A DNA stretch of 64,000 nucleotides from Callorhinchus milii (GCF_018977255.1 NW_024704743.1:49912001-49976000); one strand, 5' to 3'. Counted from the stretch's first letter, positions 38,448 through 51,640 are shown. A program made the numbers and translations. The notes: generated by a model not told the origin, from the sequence alone.

Positions 38448-38842
38448 GAGGTGGTGCCATTCTTTGGATGAGACATTAAACTGAGGTCCAGTGTGCTTTT
38501 TCAGCTGGACAGTAAAGATCCCACTATTCGAAAAGAGAAGGGAGTTTCTCCCAGAGTCCAGTCCAAGAATCCACCAAATAACATGTGGTCATTTACTTAG
38601 ATGTTTTTTGTGGGACATTGGCATGCACAAAATGGCTTCTGTTTTTGCCGACAAAATACACAGTAACAACAACTTGCATTTATATAGCGCCCTTCATGCA
38701 AGGCAGTGTCTCGGAGTGCTTAACAATGGCGGAGCCTGAAGCCAAGCCGGGGAGAGAGAGTTGACCGTAAGCACGGTCAAAGAGGAAGGTCATCAGTAGT
38801 GATCTAAATGAGGGGAAGGAGGGGGCAAGGTGGAGGGACTGC
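38448..38842. mobile_element. Deu-SINE fragment (+) followed by L2 type-A 3' end (-)
   Basis: GGATGAGACATTAAACTGAGG; CAACTTGCATTTATATAGCGCCCTTCATGC...GTCTCGGAGTGCTT. Confidence 0.75.
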
Positions 38843-38954
38843 AACGTTAACTCACTTTCTTCTCTCCATAGATGCTGATTGTAGAAAATATCTTGTTTAT
38901 GAATGCGCAGCACTTTAGCACAGGATGAGAAATTGCATGAGAAAGTATTGTATT

Positions 38955-39284
38955 GTGGAGTCCTGTAGCTCAGTGGTTAGAGCACTCGCTTTGCAAGTGA
39001 GAGACCTAAGTTCAATTCCAGGCAGGACAGGGCGAAACCTTGGGCAAGTTTCCTTACTCCACACGCCTAATAATAATCCCTCCAAAACAAAAAACAATAA
39101 TAAATTGGTCATTTTCAATCTACGACTGTTTGTGGGACATTGCTGTGCGCAATTGGCTGCGGCGTTCGCCCACAAATATACAGTCAATTCACTTTACAGT
39201 ATATTCTGTGAAGCGCTTTGGGATGTCCTCCCAACGTGAAAAGCGCTATATCAAATGCAAGGATTATTATTATTATTATTATTA
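38955..39284 (+). mobile_element. Full-length young tRNA-Ala SINE
   Basis: GTGGAGTCCTGTAGCTCAGTGGTTAGAGCACTCGCTTTGCAAG...(TAT)n. Confidence 0.95.
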
Positions 39285-39556
39285 TAGTGGCTGAAAGCAC
39301 GGGCGCTGATGATGGAGCGGAGGAGATGAGGGACAAGCAGGAGGCCAGAGCCGGCAAAGCAGTGGCAGCGGGTAGTGAAGTGGGGAGAAAGCAAGTCAGT
39401 AAGGCAGGCGGGTGCCAGGCCATGGAGTGATTTGTAGATTATGTAACTACACTTTGCAGCATAGCCTGTTAAGTTGTGAAAAGTCGCTACATCAAATCAA
39501 GGATAATTATTATTATAAAAATAGATCCTATACATAATGAAGAAGCAAATTTATAA

Positions 39557-39760
39557 AATAATAATAATCCCTCCAAAACCCAAAACAATAATAAATTGGT
39601 CATTTTCAATCTACGACTGTTTGTGGGACATTGCTGTGCGCAATTGGCTGCCGCGTTCGCCCACAGATATACAGTCAATTCACTTTACAGTGTGTTCTGT
39701 GAAGCGCTTTGGGACGTCCTCCCGACGTGAAAAGCGCTATATCAAATGCAAGGATTATTA
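39557..39760 (+). mobile_element. 5'-truncated tRNA-Ala SINE starting at the internal (AAT)n
   Basis: Same breakpoint as 433-659. Confidence 0.9.
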
Positions 39761-40379
39761 GGATTATTAAATGCACTTGTTCCCATTTGTAAAGTGTTAG
39801 CTTGTGGTCCACTATCCCAAGATCCATTGTTTTGCTATCAAACAGTGTGTATACAGGTATTTTTAGCTATTCAAAGGCATGTGACGTCAAGAATTAAGAG
39901 TGCAACAATTTCTCAAGTATTTCACTGTGTAATTATTATTATGGACACTAAAAATGCTTAATGTACAGCTTGAAGGTTTTTTGCAAGAGTACATTTTTGG
40001 TGAAGTACCATAATTACACCACTAAAAGTCTCATGCTTCAAGCCTGATGCTTTTTATTGCTATTTTCAAATATGAAGAGACTACTGATTATTCATACCTT
40101 TCAACCATAATTACCAGAAGCTGTATATCTGCAATTGAAAGAGAAAAAAAAATGCATCTTCCACAGAATATGGCAAGCCATTTATAATTATTAATATTTT
40201 TAAATCAACTGTTTAAACATTTGAGGCCATTTTATGAAGGGTTAGACTTTTTTATTTTCTGCCTGTGCTCCTTGTTCCAATTCTCCAATCAAGAGACTTA
40301 GATAGAATTAAAGAGAATTAAACATAAGGTTACAGCATGGAAACGGGCCATTTGGCCCAACAAATCCATGCTGGTGTTT

Positions 40380-40963
40380 ACTCTATCCTCCTTGGGGGTG
40401 TTAGTAAGTGGAGACTCCTTGGAGCTGAATTGACTATGGAATGTCGGGATCAAGCCAGTCCTCTGGGGCGGTCTTGGTAGTTCGGTTCCTGAGCCAGGCG
40501 GGTCCACAGTATTCCAGGGAATTGCTGATGTCAGCACAGCCAGCCTGGCTCATCGGCAGACCAGTCACTAGGGGCAGGGAGTTGCCCCACTCGGCTCATG
40601 TTACCATGCAAGCCAAAGCCCAAGAGAGAGGGTGGTCCTAGCTGGACAAGCAGCGGGAAAGCTTGCCAGACAGCAATATCAATGGCAAGTTATGCGATTT
40701 CAGCTGGTTAGTCTCCAGTATTACCCCAACGCACACTCTGGGGTTCCCAGGCCTTGGTTCTTGCCAACCTGCATTTAATTCTTTCCGGAATTAGGTAAGC
40801 AGGATGTGTCCCTCCAGGAAGAGAGTGCCCATTCCATTCCAACAATCTATTTCTGGTATTTCCACATGTAGATGGGATGCATGAAATTCTGTTTGGTTTG
40901 GATACTCTTAAGCATGGCGATGGTTTTCCACATGTGTCAGACACCCAGCTGACCAAAAAAAAA
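40380..40963 (+). repeat. Unclassified repeat copy 4 (most complete), ending in an A-run
   Basis: ...GTGTCAGACACCCAGCTGACC + A-run. Confidence 0.8.
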
Positions 40964-42030
40964 GTGTTTAGACTCCACGTGAGGCTTCACACACCTCTTG
41001 TTCCCCGCTCCCAAACCCCTCTGTTCTACTTATTTTAAATGCATAAAATCCTTCTGCAAAGTAAAGGAAGTTTATTTCAATGTTATACAAGACAGAAAAA
41101 AATATTTTTTAGGAATGGGATAAGGTGCATTAGGCCCAGCAGGGTCAATCCGTTTTCGACAGATTTTAACCCGATATTCATGCACTCTCACCAAGGTGTA
41201 GAAATCCTGTTACATGAACATAGCTGCTGTAGAGATCTAGACAGCAATAATGGAAATTCTTTAATGGCAAACTGTTAATGCAGAGAATTGCAGTTTAGGA
41301 GTTTTAGTTTCTGCAAGTTCTCCAAAACTAACGGCAGTACAGAAGCAAATCAGAAGCCGTTTGCAGATGAGGACTGGATGGGTCCTTACTAACAAAAGCA
41401 ATGAGGTGAGAACCACTTGCTCGATGGCTCAGCCTTACATAAATGCTCCTTTCAACAAGAAAGATCACCGCAAAGATGGAATTGACATCAATACTGCGGG
41501 ATGGTGAGGAGGCGTTGGAGGCTCAGTGCCTCCGTTCAGCAGGCCTACTTTGACGCTGTCGTAGACTTCTGAGGAAATCTCTTTAGGATACTGATACCAT
41601 TGATTGATGTTAGCAAAAGGAGACGACTCTTTCTCTAAGTGACCCCATTGATCTTCACGCCATCCTCGTCCAATGCCTCAATCTTGTGCCCTGTTGCCAA
41701 GATTCTGATCTCCTTCCCTCTCACACAGTATCATAAGAAATATTCTACCTGAGTTTCCTGATTGCTCACAACCTTCTGTTTAAGTTGTGCATGCTGGTGT
41801 TTGAACCCTTCACTGTATTGAACACAAAGGGCTTTTGTTGTTAAAAAGTTTGTTGATTCTCAAACCTGACATAAAATCACGGACTACGTATCGTATTGTG
41901 CATTTATATTGTATTTTAGCATGGAATTGCATTGGATGTTGAATTGAAACTAAAAGCTCAGTATCAGTCAACTTTTTGGGGGGATGATTTATTTCTGAAG
42001 ACCACTATAACTCAAAAATATCAATAACTA

Positions 42031-42816
42031 GCACCAAACAAAAACAGAAGTCTCTGGGAACACTCAGCAGGTCAGGCAGCATCTATGGAGGAAGGAAAGT
42101 GAGTCAACATTTCAGGTCCATGACACTTCATCAGAATTGGGGCATGTTGGGAGGGAGAGGCTTTGAAGGGCTAACAGAGAGGGGGTAGGCAGGGCAAGGA
42201 AGACAAAGGAGAAAATGGGGTAGAGGACAAGGGATAATGTGTTAAATAGGTGTTAAAGATGCAAAACAAAGGGGGGATTGCAACAAAACAGGAAATGGGG
42301 GTGTTAATAATGCAAAACAAGGTGGGGGGGAGAGGGGAGGGAGGGAAATTGCAACAAAATAGGCAGACCAGAGAGAGAAAAGGTGTGTCTGGGACGCAGA
42401 TGATGTGATAATGGTCACAGAAGAGGACCATTCTCCTTTTCTCTCTCTGGTCTGCTGATTTTGTTGCCCCTCTTCTGTGACCAATACCACATCATCTGGG
42501 TCCAAGACACACCTTTTCTCTCTGGTCTGCCTATTTTGTTGCAATTTCTCCCCCACCTGTATTTTGCATCATTAACCCATCATCCACCACTTTTTACCCC
42601 ATTTTCTCCTTTGTCTTCCTTGTCCTGTCTCCCCCCTCTCTGTTTGCCCTTAAAAGCCTCTCCCTCCCAACGTGCCCCAGTTCTGACGAGGGGTCGTGGA
42701 CCCTAAACGTTGACTCACTTTTCTTTCTCCATAGATGCTGCCTGACCTGCTGAGTGTTCCCAGTCACTTCTGTTTTTGTTTCAGATTTCCAGCATCTGCA
42801 GTATTTTGTGTTTTGT
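42031..42816. mobile_element. Long palindromic Penelope-like non-autonomous element with TSD AATAACTA (42023-42030, 42817-42824)
   Basis: Imperfect inverted arms of roughly 330-390 bp around a centre near 42430-42468; right arm has a ~35-bp extension; hammerhead-like cores near both ends. Confidence 0.75.
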
Positions 42817-44139
42817 AATAACTAACAGCAGTAAGTTTCAGAATGGAATCTGTACCATTAGTTGCATTGACGCATTTCCAGAAGCAATGTCAAATGGTGT
42901 AAAAGGGGCATTCACCCCATCACAAAGAATAAAAAGAAAACAAATGACTCTAATTCTAATCTGCAATAATGCAATATTCAGAAACTAACCATTTATACCA
43001 GGTAAGTTAATCTTCTTAAAATGCATTATTCATCAATCGCTTTCCTATTCTATGATTACTAAAAACTACATTATGCTTGCAACAAAATACACCAATGTAT
43101 ATGAAATTGGTTAATGCAGTAATATACATAGCTGATTTTACTACAGTTCATACAAATGATGATTGCTGAATATACTGTGAACTATTATTGATGGGTTGTA
43201 AAGTAGCTGTTTAGATCAACATTTCCACAATGTTACGTCCATCCCCAAACCATTAGCCTTATGAGGATTAAAGTAAATCTAAAAGCATTTTGCATTGTTA
43301 TTTTCTGAAACAAAATAACTTATTATAACTTAATCGAAAAGATTTGGGAAAAAAATATTATTCGAAAAGTTTCTCAATTATTCAAAAATATTATTTGAAA
43401 AGTGAATTTCTCCCCGTGTTAACAATTCCACAATTACATTGTTCATTCATTCCGTAGCTGTTTCTGGGACATTGAAGTGAGCTAATTGACTGCTATGCGC
43501 AATTTGCCCACAAAACATACAGTCAATTCACACTATATTCTGTGAAGCGCTTTGAGACATCTAGAAGACATGATGAGGCGCTATATCAAATGCAAGGATT
43601 ATTATTATTACTTAAGGTGATAAGACATGAGAAAAATTTAGTTTAATGTTTCATCCGAAAGACAGCACATCCAACAATGCAGCACATCCCAAGCACTGCA
43701 TTGGAATGTCAGTTTAGACTATGTGATTCCAATTCCTGGTGTGGGCCACATCCCTCTGACTCAGAGGTGAGAGTGCTCTCGCTACGCCAGGCTGACTTCT
43801 TAGAAAATTTAGTATTATTACCAAAATACATGGGAGTAATTTTGGGATATCATTTCATTTCAGGGTTTTCATGATAGGTGTGAAGAGCTCCAGCTCGGCT
43901 CTCACAGCTCATGAAATTATCTGAATATTTCTATAAGGAGAGATGTTCCATTGGATGTTTTACTCTGTGCTGTAGAAATATATTGGCTGATACGTATATA
44001 TTTGGAAAAGGAACAGCATCAACAAAATACAAATAATGGTTATAGGGTCACATTCCTATTGGTTACACTAAATTCCACCATTTAATGTAATCTAGTTGAA
44101 ATTAATGCAGACCAATTCAACCTTATCCAGAGCCTGAAA

Positions 44140-44714
44140 CTCTAATTTATGTCTTCATCACCTCCAGGCTCGACTTTGCAAATGCCCTGCTTGTTGGCCT
44201 TCCCAACTCCTCCCTCCACAGGCTGCAGATAATCCAGAACTCTGTAGCCCGTCTCCTCTCCCGCACCAAACTCCATGACCCCATCTCCCCCACTCTCACC
44301 CGACTCCACTGGCTCCCAATCCTTCAGAGGATCCAGTCCAAGATCCTGGTCCATACATACAAAGCTTTCCATGGCCTCACTCCACCCTAACTCTGCGACC
44401 TCCTAACCCCCTACCAACCCTCCTGTTCCCTCCGCTCAGCCGGCTCTGGCCTGCTCCAAGTCCCCCGACCCACCTGTCCCAGTCTGCCCCCAACCTCTGG
44501 AATTCCATCCCCCAGTCACTCCGCTTCACCCCCTCCTTAGCATCCTTCACGTCCCGCCTCAAAACCCTCTTCTTCAACCATGCCATCGGCCACCCCCCTT
44601 CCCCCCCTTACCCCCCCAACCCCAGCTCGGGTCTGAAATGCTGTACTCTGTCCAGCGCCTTGGGACGTCCTCCCGACGTGAAAGGCGCTAAACAAATGTA
44701 ATCTTGTTGTTGTT
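44140..44714 (+). mobile_element. L2 3' portion (tail type B)
   Basis: CTGCAGATAATCCAGAAC, CTCCACTGGCTCCC; tail AGCGCCTTGGGACGTCCTCCCGACGTGAAAGGCGCT. Confidence 0.92.
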
Positions 44715-45140
44715 AAATTGTCTCATGTAAAACCTTGGATCATTCATGGAGAGAGTGTGAAAGACGTATTAGTGAGAATTACAATTTCCAGCTGGATCAT
44801 CCTGTTCCACCCACCCCCCCCTTCAAAGGCCCCAGCCTCCATGGTTCCCTTAACCCTCTAATCTCCCTCAATCTCATTCTCTACATCAATTTCCAAACCC
44901 ATATCTATGACGACCCTTTTGACCTAGTCATCACCCAAGGTTTCTCCATCTCCGAGACGTTCATCTCCAACAAAATTATATCCGACCATTTTTTCATCTC
45001 CCTCACCACCCCCATCTCTTCTGCGCTGCCAAGCCTGTCATCATTTCCTTGCACATTTTCACAGGATATAATGTAAAATGGACTGTGTATTTTGTAGTTG
45101 AAATGCAGCAGCCAGTTTGCGGACAGTAATGTCCCACAAA

Positions 45141-45441
45141 CAGTGGTTAGAGCATTTGCTTTGCAAGCGAGAGACCTGGGTTCGATTCCCGGTAGGGTGA
45201 AACCTTGTGCAAGTTTCCTTATTCCACACACCTGATAATAATCCCTCAAAAAAACCAATAATAAATTGGTCATTTCAATCCACGACTGTTTGTGGGACAC
45301 TGCTGTGCGCAATTGGCTGCCGCATTTCGCCCACAAATATACAGTCAATTCACTTTACAGTCTATTCTGGGAAGCGCTTTGAACAGTTTAAAAGACGTGA
45401 AAAGCGCTATATCAAATGCAAGGATTATTATTATTATTATT
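45141..45441 (+). mobile_element. tRNA-Ala SINE, short variant, joined to an older inverted SINE fragment (~45050-45144)
   Basis: Head from CAGTGGTTAGAGC; (TAT)n tail. Confidence 0.88.
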
Positions 45442-47781
45442 AAACAGCCATACAGTTTTATTTGGAGGATTTGTTGCCCCTGACAGCAGGGCAGGACAGC
45501 AGTTGCCCCTTCTCAATGCTGTGTAAAATAAAACTCTGAACATCTCCTTTTGTTCTTTTGGTAATCACCTTGAATCTACGCCCGCCAGGCATTGAGGATT
45601 CTTTTCTAAAATTTTGCACAATCTTACTTTTTAAAATAAGAGTCTTAATATGAAGAAGTTCAACCCCCTCCTTCCTTCATATTGCCAAGACTCTGATACA
45701 ACAAAGAACAGAAGTAAGAATCAGTCCTGTTTAGTTTCTTGCTACATTGCAATACATATGAGAGAACGCTCCTTTGATTTAAGCTTATGAAACAATAGCA
45801 GTTATGAAAGGACTCTAAGGATATTGCTGTGTGCAAATTATCTACCTCATTTGTCTATATAATAGTTACTGCACAGTAAATCCTATGAAGCATTTTGATG
45901 GTGCTCAACATGAAAGGCACTATATCAAATGCAAGGATTATATATTTATTATTTATTCAGTCAAATGTGAGTAGTCATCTCCTAGTTAGTTAACAACAGC
46001 AACAATTTACATTTATATTGCATCTTTCACATCAGGAGGATGTCTTCACATTGCTGACTGGAAGCCCGATCTGGGGTTTAGGAGTCTCATGTAAAAGCTT
46101 GGATCATTCTTGGATCATTCATTAATCTTCTGGTGGGAAAGGTGACCAAAAGCAGGGACATAAAGATGGGTCTCAAGGATGGTTTTCAATATTGTTTCTG
46201 TACATCAACCAAAACGTGTCTAAGGGATGGGAACCATTGTAGATGAATGACTAATGATAATTTTTAGAAGGGGTATTTTAGTTAACTTGTAATAAAGTTT
46301 AATCATTATACACCCACTCTGACAATATAATAAGAGTCATGCTTTTTGTCAAAAGCAAAATGTATCTAGCAGTACTCAAGTGTATTTTGCCACTGAAACT
46401 ATAATTTATACGTTTGGCATCTGGCATCTTTCAACCTACAGATCTATCTATTTACAAATAATAAGAATGAATATATCTCTTTCAACGGCTTAGAGACAAG
46501 ATATCAGTTTAATATGCAATTAGATGTACTCAGTCAGCTGGGACTGAGAAAATGCAATGTGGACCTCAATGGTTGATGCAAGCATGCATCATCCGACAAA
46601 ATCAACTGCAAATTACTTTTCATCAATATATTGGAAACTTTAGTAGGTCTTTTACCTGCTAAATCTACTCAGTGTATCTGAAAAACGTCAATCATGTGAA
46701 AGTTTAGTGAAAGCATGATGGCATTCTTAAAAGTATCTAAACCAGACTGAGAGTTCCATGGAAATACTTTCGGATCCACTGAAACAAGAACAAGTTTAGA
46801 GTTGCAAAGGCCAATTTTAGCACAGACAGCAGTAAATATTTCTTTATGCATATGGTAATTAATGACTGGAACAAATTACCAGGAAGAGTGTTTGAGGCTA
46901 GGACGTTGGATTTATCTAAAAAACAGCTTGATACTATGTTAGGAAGATGGTAGGAATTTTTTTTGGAATGATGAGATTAGATGAGCCAAAGGATCTTCTT
47001 CATTCAAACCAATTTTGGGATCATCTAAACAACACCTTTATCTTTCATGTAAAAAGAATGTCTCAAAGCTCATTACAAACAAAAATGAATTAGAAATAAA
47101 ATGAATGTTGTTACAGAAGCAAATGTTGGAGCTACATTGCAATTATCAGAAATGAGATGAGGGACAAATTATTTTCAATTTGGTATGAATTTGGATGAGG
47201 AGAATGACATTCTGAAAATAGTTTTTTTTTTAATGCTGGCACGAGTTGAATACACCAATGTTGGGGTAATTTTCTCATCATAGATGTAATTTACCACGTA
47301 AACATACCCTTCACAGTTTGGTTTCCTCATACAATATTTATATAGAATTTCCATGGAATTCTTAGTCTAGTTTGTATACTCTTAAGCATGGTGATGGGTT
47401 CCCATCAGTGAACCTGAGAGCACCCCTAACATTAACAAACGTATTGTTGGGTGAAGCTGGTCCATATCTGAAGGACTGAATTTGTGACTCGCTGTGCATA
47501 ACTCATTCAGTGAGAGGAGGGACTCTCTGGCAAAGAATGCAACTTGTTTAAATATTTTCCTGCTGCTGAATCATGAAGCCAACGTGGCAGTATTTAGGAC
47601 AGCAATGACTACAACTTGCATTTATATAGTATTTAGATCATGCAGGGAGAGTCTCAGTGGAAATTTAGTCAGTAAGGTCATCCAGCCTCAGACCTAACCC
47701 TTCCTCAACCTTATCTATTCCAGGTATCCAAAAAAGTTGGATCCTTCCTGAAAATAACAAGAAGGATGTGAAAAGGCCCCT

Positions 47782-48502
47782 AGGCTCTGGAACTCCATCC
47801 CCCAGTGCCTTCGCCGCCTCCTCCCTTTCCTCCTTCAAGGCCGGTCTCAAGACCTTTCTCTTTGACCGAGCCTTCAGCTCCCCTCTCAACTCTCTACTCC
47901 CTTCTCGCTCCCTCCCTTCCCTCCCCTCACCCTGACCATTTCCCCCCTGCTCGGGTTCTGACCCAACTGTACAGCGCCTTGGGATGTCCTCCCGAAGTAA
48001 AAGGCGCTCCATAAATGGAATCTTGTTGTTGTTGTTGTTAAAAAGCCATACTCAGCAGGTTCCCAATACAATACAAAACAAATTTACAAAGCGCATTTCA
48101 CTTCATGAGGAGATCTTAAAGCACTGGACTGTCTGTGGTCTGCACCAGAGTAGGGGGTTGGTGAATGAGGGAGGTGAAGGGAAGTGGGGGAGAGGTGGCT
48201 GAAAGCGAAGTTAAAGAGGAAGATCATGAGGCAGACCTTGAAGGAGGTTAGGGAAGGGGTGAGTCAAAGGGACTTTGGGAAGGAGTTCCAGAGAGTGGGG
48301 GCAGATATGCTGAAAGCCCAGCCATCAATTGTGGAATGGGCATTGAGGGGAGGGAGCAGCTGGGTTGGTAGGGTTTGAGGAGATCAAAGAGGTAGGGTGG
48401 GGCAAGATCATAAAGGGATTCAAAGACTAGGACGAGGAACTTCAACTCGATCCACCAGGGGATGGGATGCCAGTGGAGTCGAGTGAGGATGGGGGTGATA
48501 GG
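47782..48502. mobile_element. Two L2 3' fragments, tail to tail (47782-48039 +, ~48120-48502 -)
   Basis: First is near-identical to the 3' end of 34896-35715; second gives KFLVLVFESLYDLAPPYL. Confidence 0.85.
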
Positions 48503-49989
48503 CTTGCAAAGCCTAGAGCCTAATGTTATTAGTAGTAAACTTAGTCCTTTATCTTCAGTCAGGAGATTCTGAAGGTGCTAATAATCACCTTTCCTTACGT
48601 TCCTCTTCAAAATATTGGCCTGTCCCTTAGCCAACCAATTTAATTTAAATATGTGTTACTAGGTTTATGGCTTCCCAATCAACTTCACAGCAGTTCAAAG
48701 CTGAGACACTAAAAAAAATGATGTTTTTTATTTCAGCCTGGGTCTCACCACCCCTGCTGTTCCACTGACAGAAATATGAAGCAGGGGGTATTGGGATCTG
48801 AGGTCGAGTGTTAAAAATTCACACTTCAATGACCAGCCCCAGAAACCACACAATATAATAGTTGTTTTGATCAGGAAGCCAGCTACCTAGTAGTGGATTT
48901 GGGAATGATGACATTTGCACATACAATTGCATTTTTATAAAAATATTAGATAAAGTTCTTTCACTATAAATATTCAAAACGCATGGCAAGATTTTATCAC
49001 AGAGAACGCTTTTAACATGTGCAATCAGTGATTAAAATAAAAAGATAGAAACATTGGACATTCACCTCATGGCTGTTTGTGGGACGTGGCTGTGTGATAA
49101 TTGGCTGGCGCATTCACCTAGAAATGCAAAGTTACTACACTTCACGAAAATGCTGTGAAAGGTTTGCGAAGTTAAACAACAAGATAAGGCACTATATCAA
49201 ATGCAAGGATCATTATATGAAAGTAACCACTTGTGGTTGTTTTTGAATGTCAAACAGATGCCTTGGCAACACCTAACAAACTGATTAATGTGCTTAAATT
49301 AAAACACTGCAAAACATTGTCACATGAAGGGCACTATATAAATGCAAGTTGTTGTTAAATTCATCAACAAATGTACTATTCTTTTTTAACAAAAGACCTT
49401 GGTGCAGCTAGTTTATATACATTGTAAGTAAATGTCATTGTTACATATACTGAAAGGGCAAAACATGTATTACCTTAAGTGAAACATGTTTGAAATTTAT
49501 TACATTTACTTATTTTCATCTTCAGAGCTCAGAGATACTGAAATGAGGAAAACATGATTTGAATTACAATAGTGAACTGAATGGCAATGTGAAACTATAT
49601 TTATTTTTGCAAAGTTAAAGGGAGACAAAATCTGCCTGCATCAAACTGAAATAGTCCAGTTGTTCCCTGAGGCAGACGCACACCATCTGTGCCAGCTGCA
49701 GGGAATGCTGCTGAACAGTGGCAGAGATAGGACATGTCAAGCAAACTCACGATGACTCTTTGTTTTTAGATGTCTATTCAAGGCTTGCGTGTCAAATATT
49801 AAACAAACCCTCCGCATGTGCATTGTGATTAAGGTCATTGGCAAATGTGCTTACTTCTCCTAGCCCGTATGTAACTATACATATTGTATTACTTTTACAA
49901 TCAACTTCACTCAGCTAAGACACCCAGTGAGACTCCTCCGGGGTGGGGGCGGGGGGGAGGGGTGGGAATGGGGGGTAGTGGGGAGGAGG

Positions 49990-50325
49990 TAACAAGGTCT
50001 GCTTGGAGCTGAATTAGTTCCAAGGTGACCTATAATAATAAATAATAATCCTGCCATTTGATATAGCGCCTAATCATGTCTTCAAGATGTCTCAAAGCGC
50101 TTCACAGGATATAATAATAATCCTTGCATTTGAGATAGCACTGATGACAGCACAGCCAACCTCATCGGCAGGTCTTGCAACGGCAGACCAGTCACTGGGG
50201 GCAGGGAATCCTCCCACTCAGCTCCTAGTAACCCTGTAAGCCAAAGCCCTAATGGGTAGAGTGGTCCTAGTTGGACAAGCAGCGGAAAGCTTGCTGGACA
50301 GCAATATCAATGGCAAGCTATGGAA
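49990..50325 (+). repeat. Unclassified repeat copy 5 (partial) with SINE tails inserted
   Basis: CTCATCGGCAG...ACCAGTCACTGGGGGCAGGG...AGCCAAAGCCC...GGACAAGCAGCGGAAAGCTTGC. Confidence 0.7.
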
Positions 50326-51069
50326 GTTTACTGTCTGCCTGTTCACGTGGACATTAAAAATCTGATGGTACTATTTGTGAAGAGAAGGGAGTTTCTCCAG
50401 TGTTCCGGATAACTATCCCCAGATAAAATTGGTCATTCACTTCTTGGTTATTTGCTCTGTGCAAATTAGCTATTGCATTTGCCTACAAAACTGCGCTTTA
50501 CAGTGAAATACAATGATATTCTATGAGACAGTCTCCCACAGTGAAGGATGCTTTATCAAGTCCCCACCCTCTGGAACTCCATCCCACATTCCCTTCGCCT
50601 CGCTCCCTCCCTTGCCTCCTTCAATGCACACTTCAAGAACCTCCTCTTTGACTGAGCCTTCAGCCACCCTCCTACCTTCTCTGCCCTCCACCCTCCCTGA
50701 TCCCAACCCCACCCACCAGCCACTCGGGTCCTAATCCCTCACTGTTCAGCATCTTGGGACGTCCTCACGACCTGAAAGGCACTTTACAAATGTAATTTTG
50801 CATTGTATCTTTGGAACTTGGTCAACTAAATCATGCACAGGCTGCTAGTAGGATCTTGATACAAGTCATTCCAGAAAAATAATAGGAATCAAGAAAAAAA
50901 AACAGAATCCTTATTTTTAAAGTTTTCCTTCAGCCTCTATAAACCTCCCATCATTGTCAATGGGATAATGTAGACACCCAGTGAGACAATATACCAGTTA
51001 CAATTCTCCTTTATTATTGAGGAACACTCACCCACCGAAAGTCAGTTAAGGATTTTGTTAACTGTGAGA

Positions 51070-51640
51070 GCTTCATGCCCTCCACCATCTTTTTCCGCCC
51101 ATGGAAAAAGCTTCCCCCTGAATCCCGCACAAATGCCCTCTCATCCTCAGACCTTCTCTCCCTCTTGCCTTCCCTGCGCAGGGATCCAGATGCTGCCATT
51201 AAGCTGCTAAACGATCACTTCTCCTCAACTTTTAATTCTGTTGTCCCCCCGAAAACCAAGCCTACCCGCTCCCTCAGGCACAACTGTGACCTCCGCTCCC
51301 TCAAATCCCAAACCCGGTTGCTCAAGCGTAGATGGCACAAAACCGGCCTAACGGTTCACCACCAGCTGTGACTCGAGCAGCTTCATACCTACCACTGCTT
51401 GCTCTCTCAAACCCAAACCGCCTTCTATTCACAGGTCATTCTCGAGGCCAAAAACAACCACAAAATCCTATTCTCCACTACCCACCACCTCCTCCACGCT
51501 CCCTCTCAAGCAACCTTGATCCTGACTTCTGATGCCAAGTGCGAAGAGATCCGGGACTTTTTTATCTCTAAGATAGATAACTTCGTCCTGGCTGCCTCTT
51601 CCTGCTCCCCACCCCATGTCACCTCCCCCGCCACCATCTC
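51070..51640 (+). mobile_element. L2 ORF2 central fragment (between endonuclease and RT)
   Basis: FFRPWKKL, LRSLKSQTRLLKRRWHKTGL, FYSQVILEAKNNHKILFST, FFISKID. Confidence 0.85.

Noticed and set aside
38955..39035. tRNA-Ala(TGC)-like sequence (also in the other SINE heads)
   Set aside because: No proper acceptor stem and always attached to the SINE body, so a SINE head rather than a tRNA gene
41265..41730. Moderately GC-rich unique stretch with protein-like partial frames
   Set aside because: Every frame is interrupted by stops and no family could be recognised
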